From an uncultured Candidatus Binatia bacterium (GTDB lineage: Bacteria > Desulfobacterota > Binatia > UBA9968 > JAJDTQ01): a DNA stretch of 64,000 bases. Both the position numbers and the translations under genes were made by a program. The notes under the pieces are model-generated. The model was not told the origin of the DNA. It was given only the letters and a program-made list of their open reading frames with translations, and ran no database searches. The DNA is taken from assembly GCA_965213675.1 (NCBI GenBank), contig OZ243916.1:3168001-3232000 (forward strand). The letters are read 5' to 3'. Below, one piece after another: positions 29,730 through 39,046 of this stretch. Within the stretch, counting starts at the first letter, position 1, and every line of letters starts with the position of its first letter.

Positions 29730-29888
29730 GAGCTTGCGCCGCAGGAATTCACGGCTGCAAATCCGCTCTCATCCGTCCCTTCGGCCGCTCGATTTCGTCA
29801 AATATGACATGATATTCTCCTCAATCGACCAGCCGAAGGGACGGCGATAGCGAATTTTCGCTTTCGCGAATCCCTACGGCGCAAGCTC
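29730..29888. mobile_element. MITE-like palindromic element, copy B (complete, 159 bp, CTAG-flanked)
   Basis: TIRs gagcttgcgccg(c/t)agg; CTAG at 29726-29729 and 29889-29892; inner 21-bp IR; core 29794-29823. Confidence 0.85.
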
Positions 29889-30752
29889 CTAGTCGATGAA
29901 CTTCGCCAGGGTCTCGCCCCAGATGGCCTTGGTGGCGTCGAGGCTGATGTTGCCCGCGGCGATGTCCTGGATGCGCGCCTCGTCGATGGGGTAGCTGAAC
30001 TGCTCGTTGCGCATGCGCAGGCGCTGCACGCCGCGCTCCACCATGAGCGCGCGGGCGCCGTCCACGGCTTCCTGCGTGGTGAAGGCATCGGCGATCTGGT
30101 AGATGTTGGCCGGGCCGTGGCCGCGCTCGTCGTCGAGCACCACGGCGAAGGCCTCGGCCAGGCGGTCGTTGAGTTCGCTGCCGCTCAACTGGGTGGCGGC
30201 GTAGAACAGGCCGCAGCTACCGCCCTCCAACAGGCCCTGGGAGTTGATGAGCCGCGCCCAGGGCTCCTGGCGCGCTTCCTGCTCCCGGAAGACTTCGGCC
30301 AGCCGTACCCACTCCTTCATGTCGGGCAAGGACGGGTCGGGGTTCCAGCGGTTGTAGCGGCGCACCACCTGCTTGATGTCCACCCGTTCGCCGGTGAGCC
30401 ACTCGATGATGTCCACGCAGTAGTTGCCGTGGTTGAGCTCCTGCTTGGTGCGCCAGAGATTCTCCTCCAGCCAGTGCCGGTCCACGTCGCCGCCCCACTG
30501 GTCGACCCAGTACTGGTTCGCCTTGCCGAGGTCGCTGCCGACCTTGTCGACGATCTCCTTGAGGCCGGTGAAGGTGCTCTCGATCTCGCGGCCGGCCTGC
30601 TTGGTGAGCCAGATCACTTCCTTGTCGCGGTCCCGCTGATCCCAGTGGAAGTAGGTATCGGCGATCTCCGCCTCGCCCGCGGCGAAGATCGCCGATACCC
30701 GCGCCAGATCCCGCGTCGCCCGTTCCGTGAAGCCGTTCGCCGTATCGTTCAT
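29889..30752 (-). CDS. Uncharacterised ferritin-like/diiron-carboxylate protein
   Basis: SD-like gggaga before ATG 30752; helical pattern with E (GREIE), ExxH (QELNH), E (LLEGG), DExxH (DDERGH). Confidence 0.7.
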   Translation of the reverse strand: MNDTANGFTERATRDLARVSAIFAAGEAEIADTYFHWDQRDRDKEVIWLTKQAGREIESTFTGLKEIVDKVGSDLGKANQYWVDQWGGDVDRHWLEENLWRTKQELNHGNYCVDIIEWLTGERVDIKQVVRRYNRWNPDPSLPDMKEWVRLAEVFREQEARQEPWARLINSQGLLEGGSCGLFYAATQLSGSELNDRLAEAFAVVLDDERGHGPANIYQIADAFTTQEAVDGARALMVERGVQRLRMRNEQFSYPIDEARIQDIAAGNISLDATKAIWGETLAKFID

Positions 30753-30895
30753 GTGTTGTCTCCCTTCCTGGGGAAATGCTGTCCCCGCATGAACCGTCGC
30801 ACCGGAAAAGGGAAAGCCCCCTTGTCGCGCAGCAACGCGGGGGCTTCGGGACGCGCGCGGTGCGACCGTTCCGCGACACGCATCCTGAGGCGGCG

Positions 30896-31894
30896 CTACC
30901 CGCGGGAGCGCGCCAGCTTCCACTCCTCGCCGCGGACGGTCTCGTGGAACAGTTCGTCCACGTTGGGTTCCTTCCGGATCATGCCCTGCTCGCGGGAGTA
31001 GCGCGCGAGGGTGCCTACGTTGTTGCGGTTGGTGGCGTTGACGCCGTAGACCCAGGGGTCCTCACCCAGCAGGTTGAGCTGCTCCTCCCAGGAGTCCCGG
31101 AAGAAGGCCAGCGGCACGATGCGGGGGTTGTCCATGCGCCCGTAGGTCCACTGCTTGGCCTTCTCGAAGGCCACCATCAAGTTCATGGGCACCCAGGGAT
31201 GCTTGTCCACGATCTCCTGCTTGATGACCGTGGTGTGCATGATGGGGAAGATGCCGGTGCGCTGAAAGTAGTCCAGCTCCACCTGCTTGGGATCGTCGAA
31301 GATGCGCTTGACCCGGGTGTCGCCTTTCAGGATGGGCGCGAGGATGTCGGGGTGGATGACCGCGTCCAGTTCGCCCGCCACCAGCATGTCCTCGACGCGC
31401 TTGCCCTTGGGCAGGCGTTCCATGCGCAGTCCGGCCGGCGCATCGAAGGGCACGTCCTCTTCGCGCTCGGCGCGCCACTCCAGGTCCGTGAAGGCCACGC
31501 CGTACTCGTCCTGGAGGATGCCGCGGATCCACAGGAGCGCGGTGGCCTGCCAGTTCTTCAGCCCCACGGTCTTGCCGATGAGGTCCTTGGGTTCCCGAAT
31601 GCCCTTGCTGGCGTTGACGAAGACGAAGCCGTGGCGGAACCGGCGGTGCAGGAACACCGGAATGGCGGTGAGGTCGTCGGCCTCGCCCCGGTCCTTGGCC
31701 AGCAGGTACGACGAGCACGACTGTTCGGCCACGTCGAACTCGCGGTGGCGCGACACGCGCCAGTGGCGCGTGGACGAGTCCATGTCCGTCAGCACGGTCA
31801 GCTCGATGCCGTCCGGCTGGATCACTCCCTCCTTGAGCGCGCGGATGCTCTCGTAGTCGCCGCACGCCAGCGTCAAATGAAGTTTCTCGGCCAT
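30896..31894 (-). CDS. 4,5-dihydroxyphthalate decarboxylase (PhtD/OphC)-like, periplasmic-binding-protein fold
   Basis: LTLACGDY, FDVAEQS, PVFLHRRFRH, WIRGIL, GIFPIMH, DPWVYG. Confidence 0.8.
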   Translation of the reverse strand: MAEKLHLTLACGDYESIRALKEGVIQPDGIELTVLTDMDSSTRHWRVSRHREFDVAEQSCSSYLLAKDRGEADDLTAIPVFLHRRFRHGFVFVNASKGIREPKDLIGKTVGLKNWQATALLWIRGILQDEYGVAFTDLEWRAEREEDVPFDAPAGLRMERLPKGKRVEDMLVAGELDAVIHPDILAPILKGDTRVKRIFDDPKQVELDYFQRTGIFPIMHTTVIKQEIVDKHPWVPMNLMVAFEKAKQWTYGRMDNPRIVPLAFFRDSWEEQLNLLGEDPWVYGVNATNRNNVGTLARYSREQGMIRKEPNVDELFHETVRGEEWKLARSRG

Positions 31895-32069
31895 GATCTC
31901 ACCTCCGATTCACATATCGTCCGGGCGCCGGAACCCTGGTGTCGTGTCCCGCGCATTTCCGCGATGAGTCACAGGCGACCGGCGGTGGCCTGTGACTCAT
32001 CGCGCCTTGCCGACCAATCCCCGCGCAACTTGTCGCGGGAGACGACGGGACAACAGCTTGAGAGTCCCG

Positions 32070-32771
32070 TCAGTCGCTGGTGAGCCGTTTGGCCCGCCGC
32101 ACAAAATAGTCCCACATGCTGCCGAGCCGGTGCGGCGTGTAGATCTGGTCGTACTTTTCACGCGCCTCTTCGTCGCTGCTCCACGTGGGCTCGCCGGCGG
32201 CGCTGGCCAGAAGCTGAATGCGGCAGGCTTTCTCCAGGAAGATGGCGTACAGGGTGGCGGTCGGCACCGACTCGGCCACCACGGTGGTGCCGTGGTTCTT
32301 CATCAGCACGGCGCGGCAGGCTCCCAGCTTCTCGGCGACCTTCACGCCCAGCTCCGGGGTGCGGATGAGGACCGTGGTGTGGTCGAACAGCGGCAGCCCG
32401 TCATGGAAGATGGAGCCCTCGTGACCCACCGGGCGAAGCCGCTGCCGCAACGAACCGAAGGCCGTGGCGTGGGGCGGATGGCTGTGAATCACGCAGTTCA
32501 CGTCCGGGCGCGCCTTGTAGATCTCGGTGTGGATGAACACCTCGGAGTGGCGCTCGAAGTCCCCTTCGATCTTGTTGCCGTCGAAGTCCACCTTGATGAT
32601 GTGGTACGGGCGAATTTCCTCGAACCCGTAGCTGTGGGGCTTCATCAGCATGGCGTTTTCGCCCGGCACCCGGGCCGACACGTGCCCGAGGATGTTGTCC
32701 CAGTGTCCGTCGATGGCCAGGATGTTGCACGAGATGGCCACCTTGTCCCGCAACGCTACCAAGTCGTCCAT
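32070..32771 (-). CDS. Class II aldolase/adducin family protein
   Basis: GHVSAR, EVFIHTEIYKARPDV, HSHPPH, LMKNHG. Confidence 0.9.
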   Translation of the reverse strand: MDDLVALRDKVAISCNILAIDGHWDNILGHVSARVPGENAMLMKPHSYGFEEIRPYHIIKVDFDGNKIEGDFERHSEVFIHTEIYKARPDVNCVIHSHPPHATAFGSLRQRLRPVGHEGSIFHDGLPLFDHTTVLIRTPELGVKVAEKLGACRAVLMKNHGTTVVAESVPTATLYAIFLEKACRIQLLASAAGEPTWSSDEEAREKYDQIYTPHRLGSMWDYFVRRAKRLTSD

Positions 32772-32889
32772 GAAACCCCCTGTTCCGTACAGGAAAATTC
32801 GTCCCGAGCCGCGCCGTGAACGGAGCCTGCCCCAATGTCGCAATCATCCCATCCAAACCCCATCGCGCTTGTCGCCCCTGCTTCGGCGC

Positions 32890-34443
32890 TCATCCGGTCC
32901 CTTGCCTCAGGCGGAACCGCTGTATCTTGCCGGTGACGGTCTTGGGCAGATCGTCCACGAATTCCACCCAGCGCGGGTATTTGTACGGCTCGAGGCTACC
33001 CTTGACGAAGTCCTGCAACGCTTGGCGCAGCTCGTCGGTGCCGTGGTGTCCGGCGTTGAGGATCACGTAGGCCTTGGGCTTGACCAAGCCGTCGGCGTCG
33101 GCCTCGCCGGTGACCGCGGCCTCAAGCACCGCCGGGTGCTCGATCAGTGCATTTTCCACCTCGATGGGCGAAACCCACAAGCCGCCCACCTTGAGCATGT
33201 CGTCGGAACGGCCGCAGTACCAGAAGTAGCCGTCATCGTCGCGATAGTAGGTGTCGCCGGTGCGGAGCCACTCGCCCTGCATGGTGCGCTGGGTCTGTTC
33301 GTGCTTGTTCCAGTAGTACGGCGCGGTGGCGTCGCCGGCCACATACAGGTTGCCCACCTCGCCGTTGGGGACCTCGCGTCCGTCGTCGTCCACCACCTTG
33401 GCCACGAATGCCGGCGTCACCTCGCCGCTGCTGCCGGCCTTGGCCCGACCCGGCCGGTTGGCGAGGAAGTCGTGGGTGGCCTCGGTGGAGCCCACCACGT
33501 CCAGCAGTTCCACGCCCACCTTGTCGCGCCATTGGTGGAACAGCGCGGGCGGCAGCGGCTCGCCGGAGGACAGGCAGGTTTTCAGCGAGCTCAAGTCGTA
33601 TTCCTTCTCCACCCGCAGCATGCGCGCGTAGAGCGTGGGCACGGAGAAGAAGAAGGTCGGGCGGTAGCGCTCGATGGTCTGGAGGATCTTTTCCGGGTCG
33701 GGCCGCTCGGGCCACAGCACGCCGGCGGCGCCGAAGCGGAAGGGGAAGTACAGGGAGTTCCCCAGCCCGTATGAGAAGAACAGCTTGGAGGCGGAGAAGC
33801 AGACGTCGTCTTCGGTCATGCCCAGCACGGGTTTCACGAACAGGTCCGTGATGGTGATCATGTCGTGCTGGAGGTGGACCGCGCCCTTGGGGTTGCCCGT
33901 GCTCCCGGAGGTGTAGTTCCACATGACCACGTCGTCGCGTCCGGTGGGTTCGGCCTGGAGTTCCGCCGACTGCCCGTCCATGAGCGCGTCCCAGCCCGCG
34001 GCGTCGCCGCGCGGCCTGCCCACCACCACCACATGCTTCAGATAACGTGGCCGTGCGTCGATGGCCTCGATTTCGGGCAGCGCCGACTCGTGCACCACTA
34101 CGATGCGCGCGCGGCTGTCGTTCAGCAGGTACTCGTAGTCGGCGGCGTGCATCCAGGGGTTGACCGGAATGGGGACGGCGCCGATCTTGATGGCGCCGAA
34201 GAAGGCAAAGGCGAATTGTGGGCTGTCCGGCAGCACCAGCAGCACGCGCTGCTCGGTGTCCAGGCCGAGGCCGCGGAAGGCGTTGCCCGCCCGGTTGACC
34301 GCGTCGTGGACCTGCGCGTAGGTGAAGCGCTGGTCTTCGTAGAGGATGGCGGTGCGCCCGCCGCGCCCGGCGGCGATGTTGTCGTCGACGAACGTCGTGG
34401 CCGCGTTGTAGGGGTCGGGCAGATCCAATCGCGGAGCGTTCAT
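32890..34443 (-). CDS. Benzoate-CoA ligase family (aryl-CoA ligase)
   Basis: YTSGSTGNPKG, SKLFFSYGLGN, SSGEPLP, GSTE, GRSDDMLKVGG, LPKTVTGKIQR. Confidence 0.9.
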   Translation of the reverse strand: MNAPRLDLPDPYNAATTFVDDNIAAGRGGRTAILYEDQRFTYAQVHDAVNRAGNAFRGLGLDTEQRVLLVLPDSPQFAFAFFGAIKIGAVPIPVNPWMHAADYEYLLNDSRARIVVVHESALPEIEAIDARPRYLKHVVVVGRPRGDAAGWDALMDGQSAELQAEPTGRDDVVMWNYTSGSTGNPKGAVHLQHDMITITDLFVKPVLGMTEDDVCFSASKLFFSYGLGNSLYFPFRFGAAGVLWPERPDPEKILQTIERYRPTFFFSVPTLYARMLRVEKEYDLSSLKTCLSSGEPLPPALFHQWRDKVGVELLDVVGSTEATHDFLANRPGRAKAGSSGEVTPAFVAKVVDDDGREVPNGEVGNLYVAGDATAPYYWNKHEQTQRTMQGEWLRTGDTYYRDDDGYFWYCGRSDDMLKVGGLWVSPIEVENALIEHPAVLEAAVTGEADADGLVKPKAYVILNAGHHGTDELRQALQDFVKGSLEPYKYPRWVEFVDDLPKTVTGKIQRFRLRQGTG

Positions 34444-34545
34444 GCCATTCTCGGTTCGGAGTCGATCCGGGGCCCTCGGTTCGGAACCGGCACCGGACGG
34501 AGCCGGCCGCCGGCGCGGGGTGGGCGGTTGAAACCCGCCGTGCGG

Positions 34546-36003
34546 CTATTCGCCGCCCACCATCTCCGAGCGCTGCTCGGTGGCCACCACCACGGACTTG
34601 ACCTCGCTGTAGTGCTCCACCGCCTCGTTGCCGTGCTCCTTGCCCACGCCGCTCTGCTTGACGCCGCCGAAGGGCAGCTCGTCGTAGATGATCTGCGCGG
34701 AATTGACCCAGGTGTAGCCGGCATCGAGCTTCTCGGCCGCGTACATGGCCTTGTCGATGTCCTGGGTCCATACCGAGGAACCGAGCCCGAAAATCGAGCT
34801 GTTGGCCTGGGTCAGCGCGTCCTCGATGTTCTTCACCCGCACCACCGGCAGGGCCGGACCGAACACCTCGTCGGTGAGCATCTTGGCTTCGGGGTCCACG
34901 TCCACCACGATGGACGGGTTCAGGAAGTTGCCCTTGTCGAAGTCGCCGCCCTTGGGGCGGTCGCCGCCGATGAGCACCTTGGCGCCGCGCTGCACCGCCT
35001 CCGCCACTTGTTCTTCCACTTCCTCGCGTTGTCCCTTGGTGTGCAGGGGGCCGAGCATGATGCCCTTGGCGAGGCCGTTGCCCACCCGTAGCTTCCGGAC
35101 TTTCCCCACCAGCTTCTCGACGAACTCGTCGTAGATCCTGTCCTGGAGGTACAGGCGCTTCACCGCCAGGCACGCTTGGCCGCAATTGAAGAAACGGCCC
35201 ACCGAGGCCGCGCTCACCGCCCGGTCGATGTTGGCGTCGTCGCACACGATCATGGGATCGCTGCCGCCCAGTTCCAGGGTGACCCGCTTGACCTCCTGGG
35301 AGGCCACTTCCATGATGCGCTTGCCGGTGTCGGTGGCGCCGGTGAAGCCCACCTTGCGGATGGAGGGGTGGCGCAGGATCTCTTCGCCCACGGTGCCGCC
35401 CGGACCCGTGACCATGTTGATGGTGCCCGTGGGAAGCCCGGCCTGCTGCACCAGCGCGACGCAGCGGGTGGCGGTGAGCGGCGTGGTGCTGGCCGGCTTG
35501 ATGACCATGGCGTTGCCCGCGAGCAGCGCCGGACCGACCTTGTTGCCCATGAGCGACACCGGGAAATTCCACGGCACGATGGAGCCCACCACGCCCATGG
35601 GCTTGTGCATGATCAGGCCGTAGCGCCCGTCGGCCAGCTTGACGTAGCCGCCGCGCAGGGTCTTGGCCATGCCCGCGTAGTGTTCGAGGGTGTGCGCGAA
35701 GCGGCGGATCTCCAGCACCGACTCCCGGTGCGCCTTGCCCTGCTCCCTGGTGAGGAGTTCGGTCAGTTCCTTTTCGTTCTGCAGCACGAGATGCGCGGCC
35801 TCGGACAGGCACTCTCCGCGCTTGGACGGCGCGAACTTGCCCCATTCCACCGCCGCCTCTTCCGCCGCCGTCACGGCGCGCCTGACATCCTCCGCCGTAC
35901 CCTTGGGAACCGTGTCCACCAGCTCGCCGGTGGCGGGGTTGTAGACGGGCGTGGTGTCGCCGCTTGCCGTATCCGTGTACTCGCCTGCAATGAACATCTG
36001 CAT
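34546..36003 (-). CDS. NAD(P)-dependent aldehyde dehydrogenase
   Basis: IVPWNFP, FTGAT, LELGG, GQAC, EVFGP, PFGGVKQSG. Confidence 0.95.
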   Translation of the reverse strand: MQMFIAGEYTDTASGDTTPVYNPATGELVDTVPKGTAEDVRRAVTAAEEAAVEWGKFAPSKRGECLSEAAHLVLQNEKELTELLTREQGKAHRESVLEIRRFAHTLEHYAGMAKTLRGGYVKLADGRYGLIMHKPMGVVGSIVPWNFPVSLMGNKVGPALLAGNAMVIKPASTTPLTATRCVALVQQAGLPTGTINMVTGPGGTVGEEILRHPSIRKVGFTGATDTGKRIMEVASQEVKRVTLELGGSDPMIVCDDANIDRAVSAASVGRFFNCGQACLAVKRLYLQDRIYDEFVEKLVGKVRKLRVGNGLAKGIMLGPLHTKGQREEVEEQVAEAVQRGAKVLIGGDRPKGGDFDKGNFLNPSIVVDVDPEAKMLTDEVFGPALPVVRVKNIEDALTQANSSIFGLGSSVWTQDIDKAMYAAEKLDAGYTWVNSAQIIYDELPFGGVKQSGVGKEHGNEAVEHYSEVKSVVVATEQRSEMVGGE

Positions 36004-36032
36004 GGGACCAACTCTCCTCGTATATGAATTGA

Positions 36033-36110
36033 TGTTGCAGCCCGCGGAGTTGTTGCAGCCCGCGGGGTGGGCCGGGATTCTGCGTCGTAACCAAAGGGGC
36101 CCAAAGGGGC
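36033..36110. repeat. Two short direct duplications
   Basis: tgttgcagcccgcgg at 36033 and 36051; ccaaaggggc twice at 36091-36110. Confidence 0.6.
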
Positions 36111-36359
36111 GGTTTCAGCGTATCTGCGTCAGTCGAAGGCTGAGGCAGAATGAACCATGTCGGAAAGGGCCTGTCAAGGAACCCTGGAAGGCAGTTGACG
36201 CGTCCGGGTCGATAGTGTAATCAACGGTTGCTTATGGCAGTGTGCCGTGAACGAGGTGCCGGAAATAACCGTCGATATTTCGGCAATTGCCATCATTGTG
36301 TCGGTCGTCACGCGCCGGCCGCGGCGCAGCGCGTGACTCCCCCAATCCACCCGAACGCG

Positions 36360-37571
36360 TCAGTACGGCGTCCGCGTCTCCTTGCCGCTCATTTCCACGT
36401 AGACTTTCTCGGACGTCACCGGCTTGCCGTCGAGGCAGTCCTTGAGCCAGTCGACGATGATGGTGCGCGCCGCCGGGTTGCGGATGGAGTGGCGCTCGCC
36501 CTCGTAGACGCGCAGGACCTTGGGGCAGGTGGCCTCGTCCATGACCTCGTAGACGAACTCGATGGGACAGAGCTCGTCGTCCTCCCCCGCCACCACCATG
36601 TACGGGCAGCGGATCTTCGCTGCCACGCCCTCCAGGGTGAGGGTCTTGCAGAACTCGTCGAACTCGGCCTCGTTGTCGTAGCCGGACATGTACATGTAGT
36701 TGAGCTTGAAGCTCGGCGCGGCGGTGTTGAAGATGGTGTACTGGCTCGGCTCCATGCACACGCCGGCCACCGCGCACGCCTTGAAGCCGGGCTCGGCCGC
36801 GGCCATGCGCGTGCCCCAGTAGGAACCCATGCTGGAGCCGAACACGGCCATGCGCTCGCTGTCGATCTCCGGGCGGGTCTTGAGCCAGGCGTAGGCCGCC
36901 CGGGCGCCGTCCTCGCAGTTGGACGCGGTGCAGGTGATGCCGCGCTCGCGGGTCTCGCCCTGCCCGGGGCCGTCGATGGAAAGGATCGCCAGGCCCCGGT
37001 CCAGCAGGGGGTCGCCCATGAGCGGGTTGTCCTCCTTCACGCCGTCCATGCCCGGCTGGTAGAGGATGCACGGCAGGCGCTCGCCGGGCGCCGGCTTGTG
37101 TGGCAGGTGCAGCAGCGCCGCCATCTCACCGCCCGGCACCGGCAGGTCCACCCGCTCGATGGGGTGGTCGGCGAACCGGATGTAGCGGTCGTAGCAGTCG
37201 CGCTTGCTCTCCGCCCACGCCATGCGCTTGGGATTGCCGTCCTCGAAGATGCCCCACTGGGCCGCGGTGTAGTAGGTGGCCGCCACGTAGTAGTGTTCGC
37301 GCGCCTCCACCGTGTGCCCCAGCGCCTCGGCCGCCCGTCCCCTCCGTTCCCGGCTCTCCGCGGCGCGGGAGAACTCCCGCGGGAAGTCCGTGAACTTCTG
37401 CACCCGTTGGCTGATGCCGCGGAGCTCTCCGGCAATGCCCGGGCCGCAGTTCCGCAGCATCTTGGGCGACCGGCCCTGGTCGAAGTCGAGGCCGCTCACC
37501 TTGATGACCTGATCCAGGACCCAGCGTTGCTCCTGCCAGCGTTTCGTCTTCCTTTCGGTGCTTGCGCGCAT
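36360..37571 (-). CDS. FrsA / 2,6-dihydroxypseudooxynicotine hydrolase-like alpha/beta hydrolase
   Basis: PGMDGVKE, DGPGQGE, GSSMG nucleophile elbow, GEDD, ERH. Confidence 0.8.
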   Translation of the reverse strand: MRASTERKTKRWQEQRWVLDQVIKVSGLDFDQGRSPKMLRNCGPGIAGELRGISQRVQKFTDFPREFSRAAESRERRGRAAEALGHTVEAREHYYVAATYYTAAQWGIFEDGNPKRMAWAESKRDCYDRYIRFADHPIERVDLPVPGGEMAALLHLPHKPAPGERLPCILYQPGMDGVKEDNPLMGDPLLDRGLAILSIDGPGQGETRERGITCTASNCEDGARAAYAWLKTRPEIDSERMAVFGSSMGSYWGTRMAAAEPGFKACAVAGVCMEPSQYTIFNTAAPSFKLNYMYMSGYDNEAEFDEFCKTLTLEGVAAKIRCPYMVVAGEDDELCPIEFVYEVMDEATCPKVLRVYEGERHSIRNPAARTIIVDWLKDCLDGKPVTSEKVYVEMSGKETRTPY

Positions 37572-37890
37572 GGTGCGAGTTCCTCCTTGGTGTGCGTGTG
37601 GGGTGCGGTCGGGGGAATGGCGCCCGGAAGCCGTTCCGAACCCTTCGCTCAGGTCCATATGCCCAGGTCTTTATATGATCGCGGGCGCCGTGGGCAACCA
37701 CACCCGGCAGCCGCTTGAACTGAACTCCGCGCCCCTTTTACGTCGCGTGTCCATGTCGAGGATGTCGGAGGCCCGCACCCCGAAAACACCGGCGCGATCC
37801 TGCTGAACGGTCACGTCCGGCGTTGCGTGGATACCTCGTCCGCTCTCGAACTTGTGCGACGGTGAGGTTGCGTGTAACCGACATTCCATC

Positions 37891-38997
37891 ATGCGTACCC
37901 AGTACCGAATGGGGTTCGGCTGTGCCGGCTTCCTGGCTGCCTTCCTCTTTCTTTCGCCCGCGCCGCTGGCCGCGGCTTCGCTTGACGACCCGTTCGTCTC
38001 TTCCGAGCGCCAGTGGGTGGTCACCGAGGAGAAGTTCGAGTTGTCCCTCAAACGGTTTCGGCTCCACAAGCGGGAGCCGCGTCCGCTTCCCGTGATTCTG
38101 ATCCATGGGCTTCTCGTGAACAGCACCTTTCTCGACTTCGGGCGCGCCAGCCTGGCGGAGTATCTCGCGGAGGCGGGTTTCGACGTCTGGAATCTGTCGC
38201 TGCGCGGCACCGGCCAGAGCCTCAACCCCTTGGGCTGGGGGAAGAAGCCCTGGAATCTCGACGACATGTTGAAATCCGACCTTCCCGCGGTCATCGGACA
38301 CGTGCGCAGGCAGTCCGGCGCTGAGAAGGTCCTCGTGGTGGGTTACGAGCTTGGAGGGGCCCTGGCGCTGGCCCACGTTGGCCGTACCCCGGAGCACGGG
38401 GTGGCCGGAATCGTCAGCATTGCCGCGCCCATGACGTTCGACAGTCCGGGTCAGGACGGGCTCGACGCTCTGCTCAGGCTCGACCGGGTGCCGCTTTTGC
38501 GCACCACGCTGCTTCACATGAACTCGTCCGGGCTGAACCGTTTGTTGTTCATCATGCCCTGGTTCGAGGACGCGTTCTACAACCGCAGGAACATGGCGCA
38601 GTCGGTCCGGCAGGAGTTGCTGGACAACGGCCTCACGGCGGTGAATCCGGGTGTTCTGGATCAGATCGTCACCGCGGTGGAGCGCGACGAATTCGTCAGC
38701 GCCGACGGCCAGACGAGCTACCGGGAGATGTTGCCGGCGATCACCCTGCCGGTCCTCCTGGTGGGTGGAGGCGCCGACGCCATTGCCCCGCCCGAGGCCC
38801 TCCAACAGGTCTACCGGGAGTTGGGTTCGGAGGACCGGGACCTGATGATCTTCTGGCCGGACCCGGTGGAGGACGTGAGCTACGGTCACTTCGACCTGAT
38901 TCTGGGCCGCAAGGCCGGGGACGAGGTCTTCCCGCTCATTCGGAGGTGGCTGGAAGCGAAGGCCGGGGGTGGGGATTTTCTGAACCCGCCACGCTAA
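37891..38997 (+). CDS. Probably secreted alpha/beta-fold hydrolase (lipase/PhaC-like) with atypical elbow GYELG
   Basis: Signal-peptide-like N-terminus; LIHGL, GFDVW..LRGTG, DLPA, ADAIAP, YGHFDL. Confidence 0.78.
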   Translation: MRTQYRMGFGCAGFLAAFLFLSPAPLAAASLDDPFVSSERQWVVTEEKFELSLKRFRLHKREPRPLPVILIHGLLVNSTFLDFGRASLAEYLAEAGFDVWNLSLRGTGQSLNPLGWGKKPWNLDDMLKSDLPAVIGHVRRQSGAEKVLVVGYELGGALALAHVGRTPEHGVAGIVSIAAPMTFDSPGQDGLDALLRLDRVPLLRTTLLHMNSSGLNRLLFIMPWFEDAFYNRRNMAQSVRQELLDNGLTAVNPGVLDQIVTAVERDEFVSADGQTSYREMLPAITLPVLLVGGGADAIAPPEALQQVYRELGSEDRDLMIFWPDPVEDVSYGHFDLILGRKAGDEVFPLIRRWLEAKAGGGDFLNPPR

Positions 38998-39046
38998 AGG
39001 AGGCTGGCCCGTTGCCGATGGTTCCCTTTGGGAGGGTTCGACGGCC

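Noticed and set aside
29769-29822. SD plus ATG mini-ORF (MSYLTKSSGRRDG) in the core of MITE copy B, minus strand
   Set aside because: The ATG is AGG in copy A and AAG in copy C, so the peptide is not conserved
36147-36223. Divergent TTGACA/TTGACG promoter-like hexamers
   Set aside because: No convincing -10 element at 16-18 bp spacing on either strand
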